From the sequence record PP601403.1: a stretch of 64,000 nt of DNA. One strand, given 5' to 3'. Below, in pieces: positions 27,121-36,991 of this stretch (the stretch's first letter is position 1; each line of letters starts with the position of its first letter). Below the pieces are notes generated by a model. The model worked only from the letters and a program-made list of their open reading frames with translations, was not told the origin of the DNA and made no database searches. Both the position numbers and the translations under genes were made by a program.

Positions 27121-29709
27121 ATGAAAGATTTAAATATAGTCGATATTGACTATACGGGATCCAATTCGGCTTATCGTAAAGAAGATCTTGTCGATACTTC
27201 TACTCTTTCCGGATTTTGGATAGTACCAGAGGAAGCGCCTTTTTATACTGATTCTCTTCGTATCTTAAATGGTGGAACATTTCTAACCAAAGGTGACGAT
27301 TATGAACCAGTAGAACCAGTTACTGATTTAACTGAACTAACTGGTAAAAGTGTTTCCCTATATATCGAATTAAAACCGCACTTAGTAAACAACAAACACA
27401 ACTTAGTTGTTATCTACCAGAAAGTAGGAAGTCCTGTCATTAGTCGTAAAGTCCTATTAAAGCTTTTCGAAGATATGGGGGTTTCTGGCGGGATTGTAGA
27501 TTTCAACAAGAATGTGGTAAACATTCCTGAGACTGTTCCTAGTGCTCATCACCTGATGGATATGTCAAGCTCTGATGAGATGATTGGTTTCGGTGGACTA
27601 GTTGAACTCTTTAAACATTTTACTGCTGATGAACGTAGTAAGTATTCAGCTGTCGATGGTTTATTGGAACAAACTCAACAAGACATTTTTACCCAATTAA
27701 ATCTACAGCATAAAGTTCGTAAAGATCAACTGTTTGCTCATATTCAAAATTACCTCAATCCACACGGTTTAAAACCAAGTGATATTGAACTCGGTAATTT
27801 GAGTAACTTTAGTACCGCTCATCCTCAGCAGGACTTGGATGGCGAACGTAGTGATCTTTATTCTACCCCTTATGGTTTACGTAGAGTAATTGAAGAGACC
27901 GAACCAGATACTGATCCTTGGGTACTTCAAAACGAACTCCCGATGAGTTTCTACGGCACTGGTATTTACCTACCACCTCCTATTTACTCTGGTGTAGTGG
28001 AATCTACCACTGAATATCAGAATGGGGTTTTTGTTAAAGAAGCTAATGGTTGGATCATTGGATTAGTAAAACGAGTATACGGTGGCACTCGCGGTCTTTA
28101 TTACATTCACAATGATAAACTAATTAATCGTTATAACAAAGATAAGTTTAGACATTCCAATGAGAAATATGATCACTCTCACTTCACTACTGTTGGGTTA
28201 ACTCCTGATGCAGTGTTATCTGGTTCTGGTGATGAATTCCTTATTACACTTGATAGCGTGGCTAAACGCGGATTCATTACTTACAGCCAATCTAGTTTAG
28301 ATCCTAGAAAACACAAGTATAAAGAGATTGATTTTACTTTAATCAGGAATGCAACTGGAGCAGAAGACTTTATTGCTAATTCTCATTTTGCTAAAATTGG
28401 TGATTACATTTATTTGTTTGTAAATACTAATCAAGTAAGTGAAGAACAAGCTTTAGGTAATTATGTACCAGCTGGAACTGGTGAAGATGATCGTAGTCGT
28501 AACTGGACAACTAAGGTCTTTAGATTCCCTGTTAGTGAAGTAAGTTCTGCTAGTAGTTCTATTGTACCTACTTTGGTAACTTTGAACTACGACAACGTTG
28601 ATCGTGTCAGACGCACTAACCAGAATCGGTTTAACTTGTGTAATCATGTTAAAGGTGACGGAACTAAGTTACTCTCCTCATTAGTTAACTACAGCGCACC
28701 AGTTACTAATTCAGTTCTAGCTAAACGACGTTCTTATTTCATTGTAGAGAATCCTAATAACAAAACCCAAGCAAGAGTGAGAATTCTTGCACCACACTTC
28801 TGTAATACAGGGCAAGGTGGTAAGTACTTTGTTATTGTTGTTGATTACCTCTTTGACACTGTTACTAATACATTGACGTTAGATCCTAATTGGGTGAAAC
28901 CAACTCTGGATGTTGTTAATAACACGTTTACTAATCTCAATGAGCAACAATATCTAAAAGAGATCGCTCTAGGGTCTCTAGAAAGCTTCTGTTTAAACGG
29001 AGATGAGATGACTAATAGTTGGGTAGTCGGATTCGGTCCGATCACTGTAACGTCGTCTCAGGGCCTTAGAGATCGCATGAAGAAAATCATCGATAATGCG
29101 ATTAATGCTTGTTGGCCTAACTCTATCTTTGAACCTAAGTTAGATCTGGATGTAGTTCCACCTTTATCTGTCGTGTACTTACAAAGTAATCATTGGGATA
29201 ATCATCTTCGTGATTACGAATCCATGGGATTGCCAGTAAACCAGTTAAACGACATTGATGATCTTAATAGTTTCAGTGAAGTTATGGTTGTAGATAAAAC
29301 TGACGAGGGAATTCCTATTCCAAGTTACCCTTGGGTGCTTAGAGTAGGTGCCGATATGGAAGTGGTGTTTAATGGAATCTCTGTGAAAGCAAAACAGACC
29401 ATGTTTAACTTAAGTGGAATTGCAACTGTTTATAAAAACACTGTGTTCTATTTATACTGTATGTTAAATGGCTCTACTGGCACTTACGAGATCACTAAGC
29501 AACTTAGGTTCACTAGTGGTACACAACTACTAGTGGCTAAAGTTACCACTAATGAAACTGGCATCAGTAACATTGAACGTTATAGTCCAATTGCTATTTC
29601 CGGATTCCCGATTACTCGAGTACGAGAAACAGGCATTCCTGCCACTGAAGGAATGTTAAGTGAACCAGGTGAATACCAGTTCCTAAAAGCGTCAGAACTT
29701 ATTAGCTAA
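27121..29709 (+). CDS. Tail fibre/scaffold paralogue 3
   Basis: 862 aa; HIQNYLNPHGLKPSDIELGNLSNF motif; shared N- and C-terminal domains. Confidence 0.65.
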   Translation: MKDLNIVDIDYTGSNSAYRKEDLVDTSTLSGFWIVPEEAPFYTDSLRILNGGTFLTKGDDYEPVEPVTDLTELTGKSVSLYIELKPHLVNNKHNLVVIYQKVGSPVISRKVLLKLFEDMGVSGGIVDFNKNVVNIPETVPSAHHLMDMSSSDEMIGFGGLVELFKHFTADERSKYSAVDGLLEQTQQDIFTQLNLQHKVRKDQLFAHIQNYLNPHGLKPSDIELGNLSNFSTAHPQQDLDGERSDLYSTPYGLRRVIEETEPDTDPWVLQNELPMSFYGTGIYLPPPIYSGVVESTTEYQNGVFVKEANGWIIGLVKRVYGGTRGLYYIHNDKLINRYNKDKFRHSNEKYDHSHFTTVGLTPDAVLSGSGDEFLITLDSVAKRGFITYSQSSLDPRKHKYKEIDFTLIRNATGAEDFIANSHFAKIGDYIYLFVNTNQVSEEQALGNYVPAGTGEDDRSRNWTTKVFRFPVSEVSSASSSIVPTLVTLNYDNVDRVRRTNQNRFNLCNHVKGDGTKLLSSLVNYSAPVTNSVLAKRRSYFIVENPNNKTQARVRILAPHFCNTGQGGKYFVIVVDYLFDTVTNTLTLDPNWVKPTLDVVNNTFTNLNEQQYLKEIALGSLESFCLNGDEMTNSWVVGFGPITVTSSQGLRDRMKKIIDNAINACWPNSIFEPKLDLDVVPPLSVVYLQSNHWDNHLRDYESMGLPVNQLNDIDDLNSFSEVMVVDKTDEGIPIPSYPWVLRVGADMEVVFNGISVKAKQTMFNLSGIATVYKNTVFYLYCMLNGSTGTYEITKQLRFTSGTQLLVAKVTTNETGISNIERYSPIAISGFPITRVRETGIPATEGMLSEPGEYQFLKASELIS

Positions 29710-29767
29710 TTGTAAATAACGAAAGGGGAGGTAACACTTCCCTTCTTCCTTAAAGGAGTTGGTCTTT

Positions 29768-32700
29768 ATGTATGTTAATAAGGACAGACCTTTACCGATA
29801 TTGGAAGATAAGAAAGATCCACTAGGTGGATTAATCAACTCTTTCATTAAGGTAGAACGAGAACGTGATAAGTTACAAGGTGATCCGGCTGGACAACTAA
29901 AACAGATCGCTGATTTTAAAACTAGAATGCAAAGTAAAGTTAATACTTTTAGTAGTGATCTAAATAGTTTAATTTTAGGTCATAGTGAAGCTAAAGGTGC
30001 TTTGCACGGTGAAACTAAAGAGACGGTTGGTTTAGGTAATAAAGATAACTTTGCTATGGGTACAATCGATGATCATATTTCTGGTCTTCGAAAGGATCTG
30101 TTCTGTAATCCAGAAGGTTTAAGTTATCTTGTTAAAGATCGTGTAACTATCGATCCCAATAGTTATCTTCCAGCCAAAGCTATCCCAATTGCTTCTGGTG
30201 GAATCTTTGGTGAAGTTCCTCAGATTACTTACCATATTAACAGAAATGATACAGAGCAGAGTTCTGCTAATCCTGTTAACTACATTGGTGAGTCTAACTG
30301 GGAGTTTTGTACACCAGCTGGAATGTTCATTTATCCAATGATGAACAACTCTCCTATTGTGGGAGTATTTTCAGACGCTAGTAGTGAAGCTGCTAAAACA
30401 GTTCAAACCCCTTGGGGTGGAACTAAAGTAAGATACTACGAGAAAGGCATCGTACCAAGACGCACCAGACCTGTCACAATGACTTCCGATAAGTTAGCTG
30501 GACAAGGTGGCGGAGAGATGCTCAGAAGCGCTGAGGCGTTGTTTGAACGTTCTACGGTGCACTATCTGGAAGGTGGAGTACAAAAGGTACGAGCATTAAA
30601 TAGAAATCATCTACCTTTTGATGTGTTTGATACTGAGGAAACAAATAACAAAGCCTTTGGTGGAGTTTTTGCTTCTAGGGAAAACATGTTGTATCACATT
30701 CTGGTGGACATGGATCTTGGTGAACTATTACCTATTGACCAGAGACCAATGCTTGATTACATTGCTAACCAAGTTTGGCCTCGTTCTTCCCAGTATCCGT
30801 TTGATGAAAAGAATCGCTCTAGATTTGACTTTATTGTTAATAGGGATTTACCTCCTATCCCGGATGATCCTTATAACGGTCCGATCAGACGTTTCTTTGA
30901 TAAAGCACTAAACTTTACTTATCCGAAAGATCCAGTAAAACGGCATCGTAATAAGTTCATGGAATATATCGACCGTGGCTTGAATGCGATGTGGCCTGTT
31001 AGTAGAACTTCTATCTATAGTAGAGAGGAGTTAGAACTGGTTGATATGGTAATTAACAAGTTCTGGCCAGGACCTCGTTCTGAGAGTCAAGTTGAAGGTG
31101 AGATTATCATCAAACTAGACTTTGTTATCAGATCAATGTTGGAACGTGATTATCCGTTATCTACTAAGAGTACTGAAGGTGATGAGTTAATCTACAAAAC
31201 CAATAAGAAGTTTAGTCAACAGTTCTTAGTTCCGGCTCACGGTAAGATTACTTCTAAGCTAAGAGATACTGGTACATTAGGTTTAGATATCAAACTTAAA
31301 GATATCATTGAACACGATGTAAGTGGTTACGGTAAACTCATCAGACATATCGATAAGACACGTTGTCAATTGGTCTCTTTTGCTTGGCGTAATCGACTGG
31401 AAGGTAAGGCGACTGTTAGGTTAAGTATTGGCTGGTACACTGTTAACAAGAGTAACTATGTTCACGCTTATCTTGATTTGGATTTACATTTTGATGATAA
31501 TGCAGGAACAGTTACCTCTACCGTAAACGTTGAAACAAGTGATAGTTGGAACCGTGTTAAACAGAAACTTAATGACAATCTGGAAGTAGTTACCGAAGGT
31601 TTGTTTAAGATGTACTCTGGGGATGTAAAAGAGCAACCTACCCACCCAGCGGTGATTGGTGGGGTGTTTGAAACCCAAGGTGGTCATATGAAGTCTTATA
31701 ACTTCTATAACCGCCAGTACATTGGTTACTATCGACATGCTGTAGGTTCTACCCTTGAGTTTATTAATCAAGAGAATAACCTTATTCCAACTCCAACTGA
31801 ATACAGTTACAACATCCAGTCTGTAATTAATGGTGATATGTTCTACGGTGATCACTTACGTCATATTCCGGTTAAAGTAGATACTACTAATAAAACAGTT
31901 CTGTATCTTACCCAAACCAGGGATTGGAAGAACAACTATCGTTGGGCTTTTGTAAACGTAGAGTCAGAAACACCTGTGGTTCAACCTAATGGTTATGTTG
32001 GTCCTAAACGGTTAAGTCGTAAATGGGTAGAGGATCGTAAAGCTTACGTTCCCAGTATGCTAATTGAGAACGATGAAACAAGCGCTACGATGAACATCTC
32101 CCCAGTGGTATTTAACAACTGGAATAACTTTACTGGTTACACTAACTACACCCTTGATGAGAACTCTGATCGTCACCCAATTACGGGTGTGAACGAAGTT
32201 CAATTGAGTGTAGAAATTACTAACTGGATTAAGAACCACGTTGTGGACTGGAAGAGTAGCTATAAACAGTACTTCTTACTGCAAGGTAATTTGTATTGGA
32301 TTGTACAAACTCTTGATAGCAAAGAGATGTTATCCGATGGAACAGATTGTTACTACGGTGTTATTAAGAGCTGTAGTATTCAAACTACCCAGGAGAACAT
32401 TAAAACTGTAATTACTAATAACTCTATTGCTAGTTCTATCACAGTGAGTAAAACCAATGTCAACACCAAAGCCAGTTTAGATATCGATACTGGTTCAGTG
32501 TTTGGGTTTGATCAATTAGCAGGACTGGATGTCTACGCTTTGAAAGTATTGGATGATGCAAGGGAAACTAAGTATGAGGTTATGCTTAACGTTGCACCTT
32601 TCAATAACTTCTATGTGGAAATGAGAATTAAGATTAACAAGCAAACTGGGGAAGTTATTTTCGAACCTAAGTATGATGCTGTTGATCCTATATTCCCTTA

Positions 32701-33289
32701 CAGTACAGCAATTGGTTATCAGATTGACTACGATTCATTGAACAAGTATGGAACTAAGATTCCTCATCGTGTTCATGTTAACTATCAATCACCTGTGATG
32801 TTGAAAAAGGGCTTATCTAGTTTTAGAAAGACACCTAATAACTACGGGTTCTTTACTAAGTCAGATGGCTTCGTTGTGATCAATGGAAGAGTCGAAGATA
32901 AAGTTCAAGGTATTCCTTTATATCCGTTGGGTTCTGCTATTACCATTGGTGGTGAAACATTAGTTATTAAACAACCCATTGATTTGTTTAGTAGTGATTT
33001 TCCCACTAATGACGAACTGTTTGTAACTAGAGATAGTAACAACCAGTTTAAGGTATTTGGGCGTTATAACAACAAAGGGTTTAATATTGAACCTAGTTTG
33101 AATTGTGTTCCTGTTGGTTTTATTAATGATGGTAAGTTTACTTATCACGATCCTAACAGTTATCGCAATTCACTGTTCCCTGTATTTGAGAATAAACGTC
33201 TCAATATAGGTAATGCTGGTCAATCTATTCCAGCATTCTACGGTAAACCCGGGTCTAAAACTCCTAATAACCTTTTCTTTAAGAAATAA
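29768..33289 (+). CDS. Large tail fibre/scaffold paralogue 4 containing a 24-aa repeat array
   Basis: ATG 9 nt after AAGGAG; HSEAKGALHGETKETVGLGNKDNF motif; gp131-like C-terminus. Confidence 0.65.
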   Translation: MYVNKDRPLPILEDKKDPLGGLINSFIKVERERDKLQGDPAGQLKQIADFKTRMQSKVNTFSSDLNSLILGHSEAKGALHGETKETVGLGNKDNFAMGTIDDHISGLRKDLFCNPEGLSYLVKDRVTIDPNSYLPAKAIPIASGGIFGEVPQITYHINRNDTEQSSANPVNYIGESNWEFCTPAGMFIYPMMNNSPIVGVFSDASSEAAKTVQTPWGGTKVRYYEKGIVPRRTRPVTMTSDKLAGQGGGEMLRSAEALFERSTVHYLEGGVQKVRALNRNHLPFDVFDTEETNNKAFGGVFASRENMLYHILVDMDLGELLPIDQRPMLDYIANQVWPRSSQYPFDEKNRSRFDFIVNRDLPPIPDDPYNGPIRRFFDKALNFTYPKDPVKRHRNKFMEYIDRGLNAMWPVSRTSIYSREELELVDMVINKFWPGPRSESQVEGEIIIKLDFVIRSMLERDYPLSTKSTEGDELIYKTNKKFSQQFLVPAHGKITSKLRDTGTLGLDIKLKDIIEHDVSGYGKLIRHIDKTRCQLVSFAWRNRLEGKATVRLSIGWYTVNKSNYVHAYLDLDLHFDDNAGTVTSTVNVETSDSWNRVKQKLNDNLEVVTEGLFKMYSGDVKEQPTHPAVIGGVFETQGGHMKSYNFYNRQYIGYYRHAVGSTLEFINQENNLIPTPTEYSYNIQSVINGDMFYGDHLRHIPVKVDTTNKTVLYLTQTRDWKNNYRWAFVNVESETPVVQPNGYVGPKRLSRKWVEDRKAYVPSMLIENDETSATMNISPVVFNNWNNFTGYTNYTLDENSDRHPITGVNEVQLSVEITNWIKNHVVDWKSSYKQYFLLQGNLYWIVQTLDSKEMLSDGTDCYYGVIKSCSIQTTQENIKTVITNNSIASSITVSKTNVNTKASLDIDTGSVFGFDQLAGLDVYALKVLDDARETKYEVMLNVAPFNNFYVEMRIKINKQTGEVIFEPKYDAVDPIFPYSTAIGYQIDYDSLNKYGTKIPHRVHVNYQSPVMLKKGLSSFRKTPNNYGFFTKSDGFVVINGRVEDKVQGIPLYPLGSAITIGGETLVIKQPIDLFSSDFPTNDELFVTRDSNNQFKVFGRYNNKGFNIEPSLNCVPVGFINDGKFTYHDPNSYRNSLFPVFENKRLNIGNAGQSIPAFYGKPGSKTPNNLFFKK
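30743..31102 (+). repeat. Five degenerate tandem units of exactly 72 nt (24 aa)
   Basis: Units start at 30743, 30815, 30887, 30959 and 31031; consensus xxx[LFIV]DxxxNxx[WYL]P plus 11 variable aa. Confidence 0.85.
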
Positions 33290-33295
33290 CTAATA

Positions 33296-33329
33296 AACTC
33301 TCTACTCCCTTAATTGGGAGTAGAGGGTT
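33296..33329. terminator. Bidirectional stem-loop terminator
   Basis: AACTCTCTACTCCC-TTAATT-GGGAGTAGAGGGTT. Confidence 0.85.
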
Positions 33330-33343
33330 ACTTTTATGTTTGT

Positions 33344-34297
33344 TTAATGTGCAGTACTGGTATCTTGCCCGTCACCTTGTTCTCTGTGAACGTGTTTGAG
33401 CATACTGATGTCACCAGCAGAAACGTCACCACTAGATTTCATATCACCGGCAGAACTAATGCCCGCTGTGTTAGTGAGTGTTCCTGATTGGGTCATATTC
33501 CCTTCATGGGTTATATCTCCCACTAGTTTAATAGTTGGAGATTTAATAGTAGCTGAAGCTGTCGCTGACATATCAAATGTTTCACATGCAGCGGTAATAC
33601 GTTTAGCCTTCAAACCGATATGTTCTTTACCATGAAATAGGATCTCGTCTTCACAAGAAGCTATAATCTTTTTCTTATCTATAGCAAATGTAGATTTCTC
33701 TTGATTTGAAAACGACCAGAAATGTTTTATAGAGTTTAGAATGAACATGTTCTGTTCACCATCTACTAAACTGAATCCACCTTCACCAGTATCTAGTGTT
33801 ATAGCGTAATTTGTTGCTTCGCCGTTACCCTGACCGGTTAGTAATTGAATCTTTTTAGTGTGGGAAGAGATTAAGAAGATATAATAGTTATCTGGAGTTA
33901 GAGGAGCGTCTTCTTTTACATTAGGGGTGGCCGAGAAAGCGTATATAACTGTCTCTAGACGAAGTGTACCGTCCATCCCGAAGTACATCCACCTAAACAA
34001 GTTCTGACCTTTAAACTTATAGACTACAACTTTACTACCTTTTCTGACATCAGGGGCTGTTATCCTATTGGTATTAAAAGGTAACCACTTCATCATTACA
34101 GCGTTAGAACTTAATCCAGAACTGGAGGTAGTATCTCCTGTCGGGGATTGTATTGTTACATCTTTCTTTTCTGCTTGGGCTACTACTTCTCCATCTGCTT
34201 CTGGATATAGAGAAGGAAGATATACCAATACTTCATCAGTGTCAGTAGCTTTATCCTCAGCTACTGTAGCAACACCATAACACTCTAATACATTCAT
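33344..34297 (-). CDS. Baseplate central spike (phiKZ gp164 / phi92 gp138 / P2 gpV-like)
   Basis: OB-fold-like N-terminus, beta-helix-like repeats and a terminal KHVH metal-binding apex motif. Confidence 0.8.
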   Translation of the reverse strand: MNVLECYGVATVAEDKATDTDEVLVYLPSLYPEADGEVVAQAEKKDVTIQSPTGDTTSSSGLSSNAVMMKWLPFNTNRITAPDVRKGSKVVVYKFKGQNLFRWMYFGMDGTLRLETVIYAFSATPNVKEDAPLTPDNYYIFLISSHTKKIQLLTGQGNGEATNYAITLDTGEGGFSLVDGEQNMFILNSIKHFWSFSNQEKSTFAIDKKKIIASCEDEILFHGKEHIGLKAKRITAACETFDMSATASATIKSPTIKLVGDITHEGNMTQSGTLTNTAGISSAGDMKSSGDVSAGDISMLKHVHREQGDGQDTSTAH

Positions 34298-34321
34298 AAC
34301 GAACATCCTTAAGAGGAATCT

Positions 34322-36805
34322 ATGATAACTGGTTTGATTTTGAAAAACTATTCTCCTCTTTATAAAAAGGGAGTTAAGTATATTGAGCTTGATACCAAAG
34401 AAATCTTTAACATTATCTTAGGTAGAAATGGCTTTGGTAAAACCTCATTACTACAAGAACTTTCTCCTCTGCCACCTGATAACGGAAGTTATGAACAAGG
34501 CGGTTATAAGGAAGTTAGGCTAGTTAATGAAAACGGAACTTATATCCTCAAATCATCAACTGGTAAATCTAGCCATCACGAGTTTATTCACAATGGTAAG
34601 AACCTTAACGAAGGTAACACACTATTGGTACAAAAGGAGTTAGTGAAGATTCACTTCAAGCTAACTAACAATGTCAAGAACATTTTAAGTGGATTGGATG
34701 TAAGAGATCTCTTTACTACATTAAGTACTGCTAGACGTAAAGATTTCTTAATGTCCATCAATCCTAACGATACAAGTTATGCATTGAAAATATTTGAGAA
34801 GCTTAAGTCTAACTTAAGCACTATCAAAGGCGGACTGAAAACACAGCGTCAACGTTTAGTATCCGAGGAATCAAGAGCTAAACAACTAGCTTCCCTTTCT
34901 CCAGAAGAGTTGCAAAAAGAAATTAATTTGATGGATAATCAAATTAAGAATGCGTTGTTAATTCACGGAATGTTTTCTAATGTTGAATTTGAACAATATG
35001 GTGATTTGAAAAACCAGATTGGTAACATTATCTCTAGATTAATGAGCAATGATGTTAGAATCAAATTCCCTAAGAGTACTTATCAAGAACAGTTAGATTT
35101 TCGTTATAAGGAGCTTGATCGTTCTGAAAAGATGAATCTAAAGTTAACTACTGTACTTGCTGAAGTAACTACTCAGTTACAAGGTTTGGATTCTTCTACT
35201 CAAAGTTTAGATGGTTATAAATCTAGACTGGAGATGATCGAGACTAGTTTGGAGTTATTTACTCAAGAAATCGATAATGTTCAAAGTTACTTTGTTAGTC
35301 ATGAGTTGTTTAATGACAATCAACTTTATAAGAACGAAGTAGTTTATCGTTATTGTAATGAACTGATTGATCAGCTACAACAAGTTAGTCGTGCTAGGGA
35401 TTTGGATATCACTAGTCAAGTGTTTGCTAAAGCTCAACAAGATTTGGTACACGCTACTAATGAGAAGAGTAATATTGATAGAGAGATAAGTTCTATCAAT
35501 CACTCTATTGAACACTTTAACAAAGCTGAATCAGTAGAATGTCCAGATTGTAATAACAAATTCAAATTAGGATTTGAGAAGTTTAACATTAAAGAACTTG
35601 AAGTTAAATGCAATGACTTAGTAAGAGTAAAGGAGAACCTCACAGAACGCATCCAGAAGCTCTCAGATTACATTGAGGCTAACGAAGACTGGTATTCGTC
35701 TATGCAAGGGTTCCATCGCTTCCTACGTCGATTGGAGAGCTCTGAAGTAATCTATCAGATTGTTGATCATTATCAAGTTGGTAAGAAAGATCTCACTAGT
35801 TTGATTGAATTGCTAAGAAGAACTATTCGTTATAATGATCTAGTTAAACAAATTGACTTGTTAGAGAAAGAACAAGTTCAAGTAAAAGCCCAAATTAACT
35901 TCTTGGAAAGTTCTGATATCAACGCATTGTTTCAACGAGCCGAAGATGTAGAGCGAGAGTTGGCTATTACACAACGTTCTATCGGTAGATTGAAAGTGGA
36001 GATTAAAGAACATCTGGAGTTAATCGATATTATCAATGGCGATGAACAACTAAGAGATCAACTACACATTCTGGTAGAAGAGTTAAAAGAGAAAGTTGAG
36101 AATAATGGGAAGTATAAAGTAAAGCAGAAAGTAGAACAACTTATTTCTGACTTAACTCCTCGTAAAGATCAACTTATAAGTAACTTAATTCGAGCAGAAT
36201 CTTTGAACTCTGTTATTCAGTCTATAGCCGATAATATCAAAGAACTGGAGAAACGCGAGAGACACACTTTACTGTTGATGGATGGTCTATCACCTGTTAA
36301 AGGTCTGATCGGGTATTTGATGAACGATTTCTTGGTTGCTGTAATTGCTAATATGAATGCCCTCATTCAACCTATTTGGAGTAATCGTTTACAGATACTC
36401 AATTGCTCAACTAGTAAGTCTGATGATGACGTTGATCTTAGTTACGTGTTCCCGGCAATAACTGGTGATAACAATACTCCGGTTAAAGATATTGGTGACT
36501 GTTCTAGCGGTGAACGTGATATTATCAATATGTCTTTCCGTTGGGTTATTCTTCAGTATTTGGGTAAGAACTGTGGGATGCCATTGATAATGGATGAAGT
36601 AGGTGCTGCGTTTGATGAACTACATAAAGGTAGGTTGTCAGCTTGGGTATCTGAGCAAAACCGTTTAGACAAAATACCGCAGTGTTTCCTTGTTAGTCAT
36701 AGTTATAAGGAATATGCTTCCCACGGAATGGCTAATATAATTGCCCTTAATACAGAAGGACTAACTGTTCCATTTAAAGTAAATAGTAAAACAATAATTA
36801 AATAA
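34322..36805 (+). CDS. sbcC: SbcC/Rad50-like SMC ATPase
   Basis: Walker A GRNGFGKT, coiled coils with a CPDC zinc hook, signature CSSGE, Walker B LIMDEVGAAFD. Confidence 0.9.
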   Translation: MITGLILKNYSPLYKKGVKYIELDTKEIFNIILGRNGFGKTSLLQELSPLPPDNGSYEQGGYKEVRLVNENGTYILKSSTGKSSHHEFIHNGKNLNEGNTLLVQKELVKIHFKLTNNVKNILSGLDVRDLFTTLSTARRKDFLMSINPNDTSYALKIFEKLKSNLSTIKGGLKTQRQRLVSEESRAKQLASLSPEELQKEINLMDNQIKNALLIHGMFSNVEFEQYGDLKNQIGNIISRLMSNDVRIKFPKSTYQEQLDFRYKELDRSEKMNLKLTTVLAEVTTQLQGLDSSTQSLDGYKSRLEMIETSLELFTQEIDNVQSYFVSHELFNDNQLYKNEVVYRYCNELIDQLQQVSRARDLDITSQVFAKAQQDLVHATNEKSNIDREISSINHSIEHFNKAESVECPDCNNKFKLGFEKFNIKELEVKCNDLVRVKENLTERIQKLSDYIEANEDWYSSMQGFHRFLRRLESSEVIYQIVDHYQVGKKDLTSLIELLRRTIRYNDLVKQIDLLEKEQVQVKAQINFLESSDINALFQRAEDVERELAITQRSIGRLKVEIKEHLELIDIINGDEQLRDQLHILVEELKEKVENNGKYKVKQKVEQLISDLTPRKDQLISNLIRAESLNSVIQSIADNIKELEKRERHTLLLMDGLSPVKGLIGYLMNDFLVAVIANMNALIQPIWSNRLQILNCSTSKSDDDVDLSYVFPAITGDNNTPVKDIGDCSSGERDIINMSFRWVILQYLGKNCGMPLIMDEVGAAFDELHKGRLSAWVSEQNRLDKIPQCFLVSHSYKEYASHGMANIIALNTEGLTVPFKVNSKTIIK

Positions 36806-36838
36806 ATACTGCTAGTTTAATATGTTATGTAACTGTAT

Positions 36839-36867
36839 CCGGTAAATACCTCACTGGTATTTACCGG
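36839..36867. terminator. Stem-loop terminator
   Basis: CCGGTAAATACC-TCACT-GGTATTTACCGG. Confidence 0.75.
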
Positions 36868-36889
36868 GATTTAACAGTCATTTTAACCT

Positions 36890-36918
36890 TTCTATATTTT
36901 TTCAAACATATATTATTA
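36890..36918 (+). promoter_or_regulatory. Early-type promoter variant
   Basis: TTCTATATTTTTTCAAACATATATTATTA aligns with the 7580/48051/51042 motif. Confidence 0.65.
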
Positions 36919-36991
36919 TCGTGTACCAGTAGGAGTGTTACTCTAAGTCACTGAAACAAACTGTATAACCAAACTTAAGGAAATGATCGAA

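Noticed and set aside
30743-31102. Possible CRISPR-like or DNA-level repeat array
   Set aside because: There is no conserved nucleotide repeat; conservation is only at amino-acid level within an open frame, and no cas genes are present.
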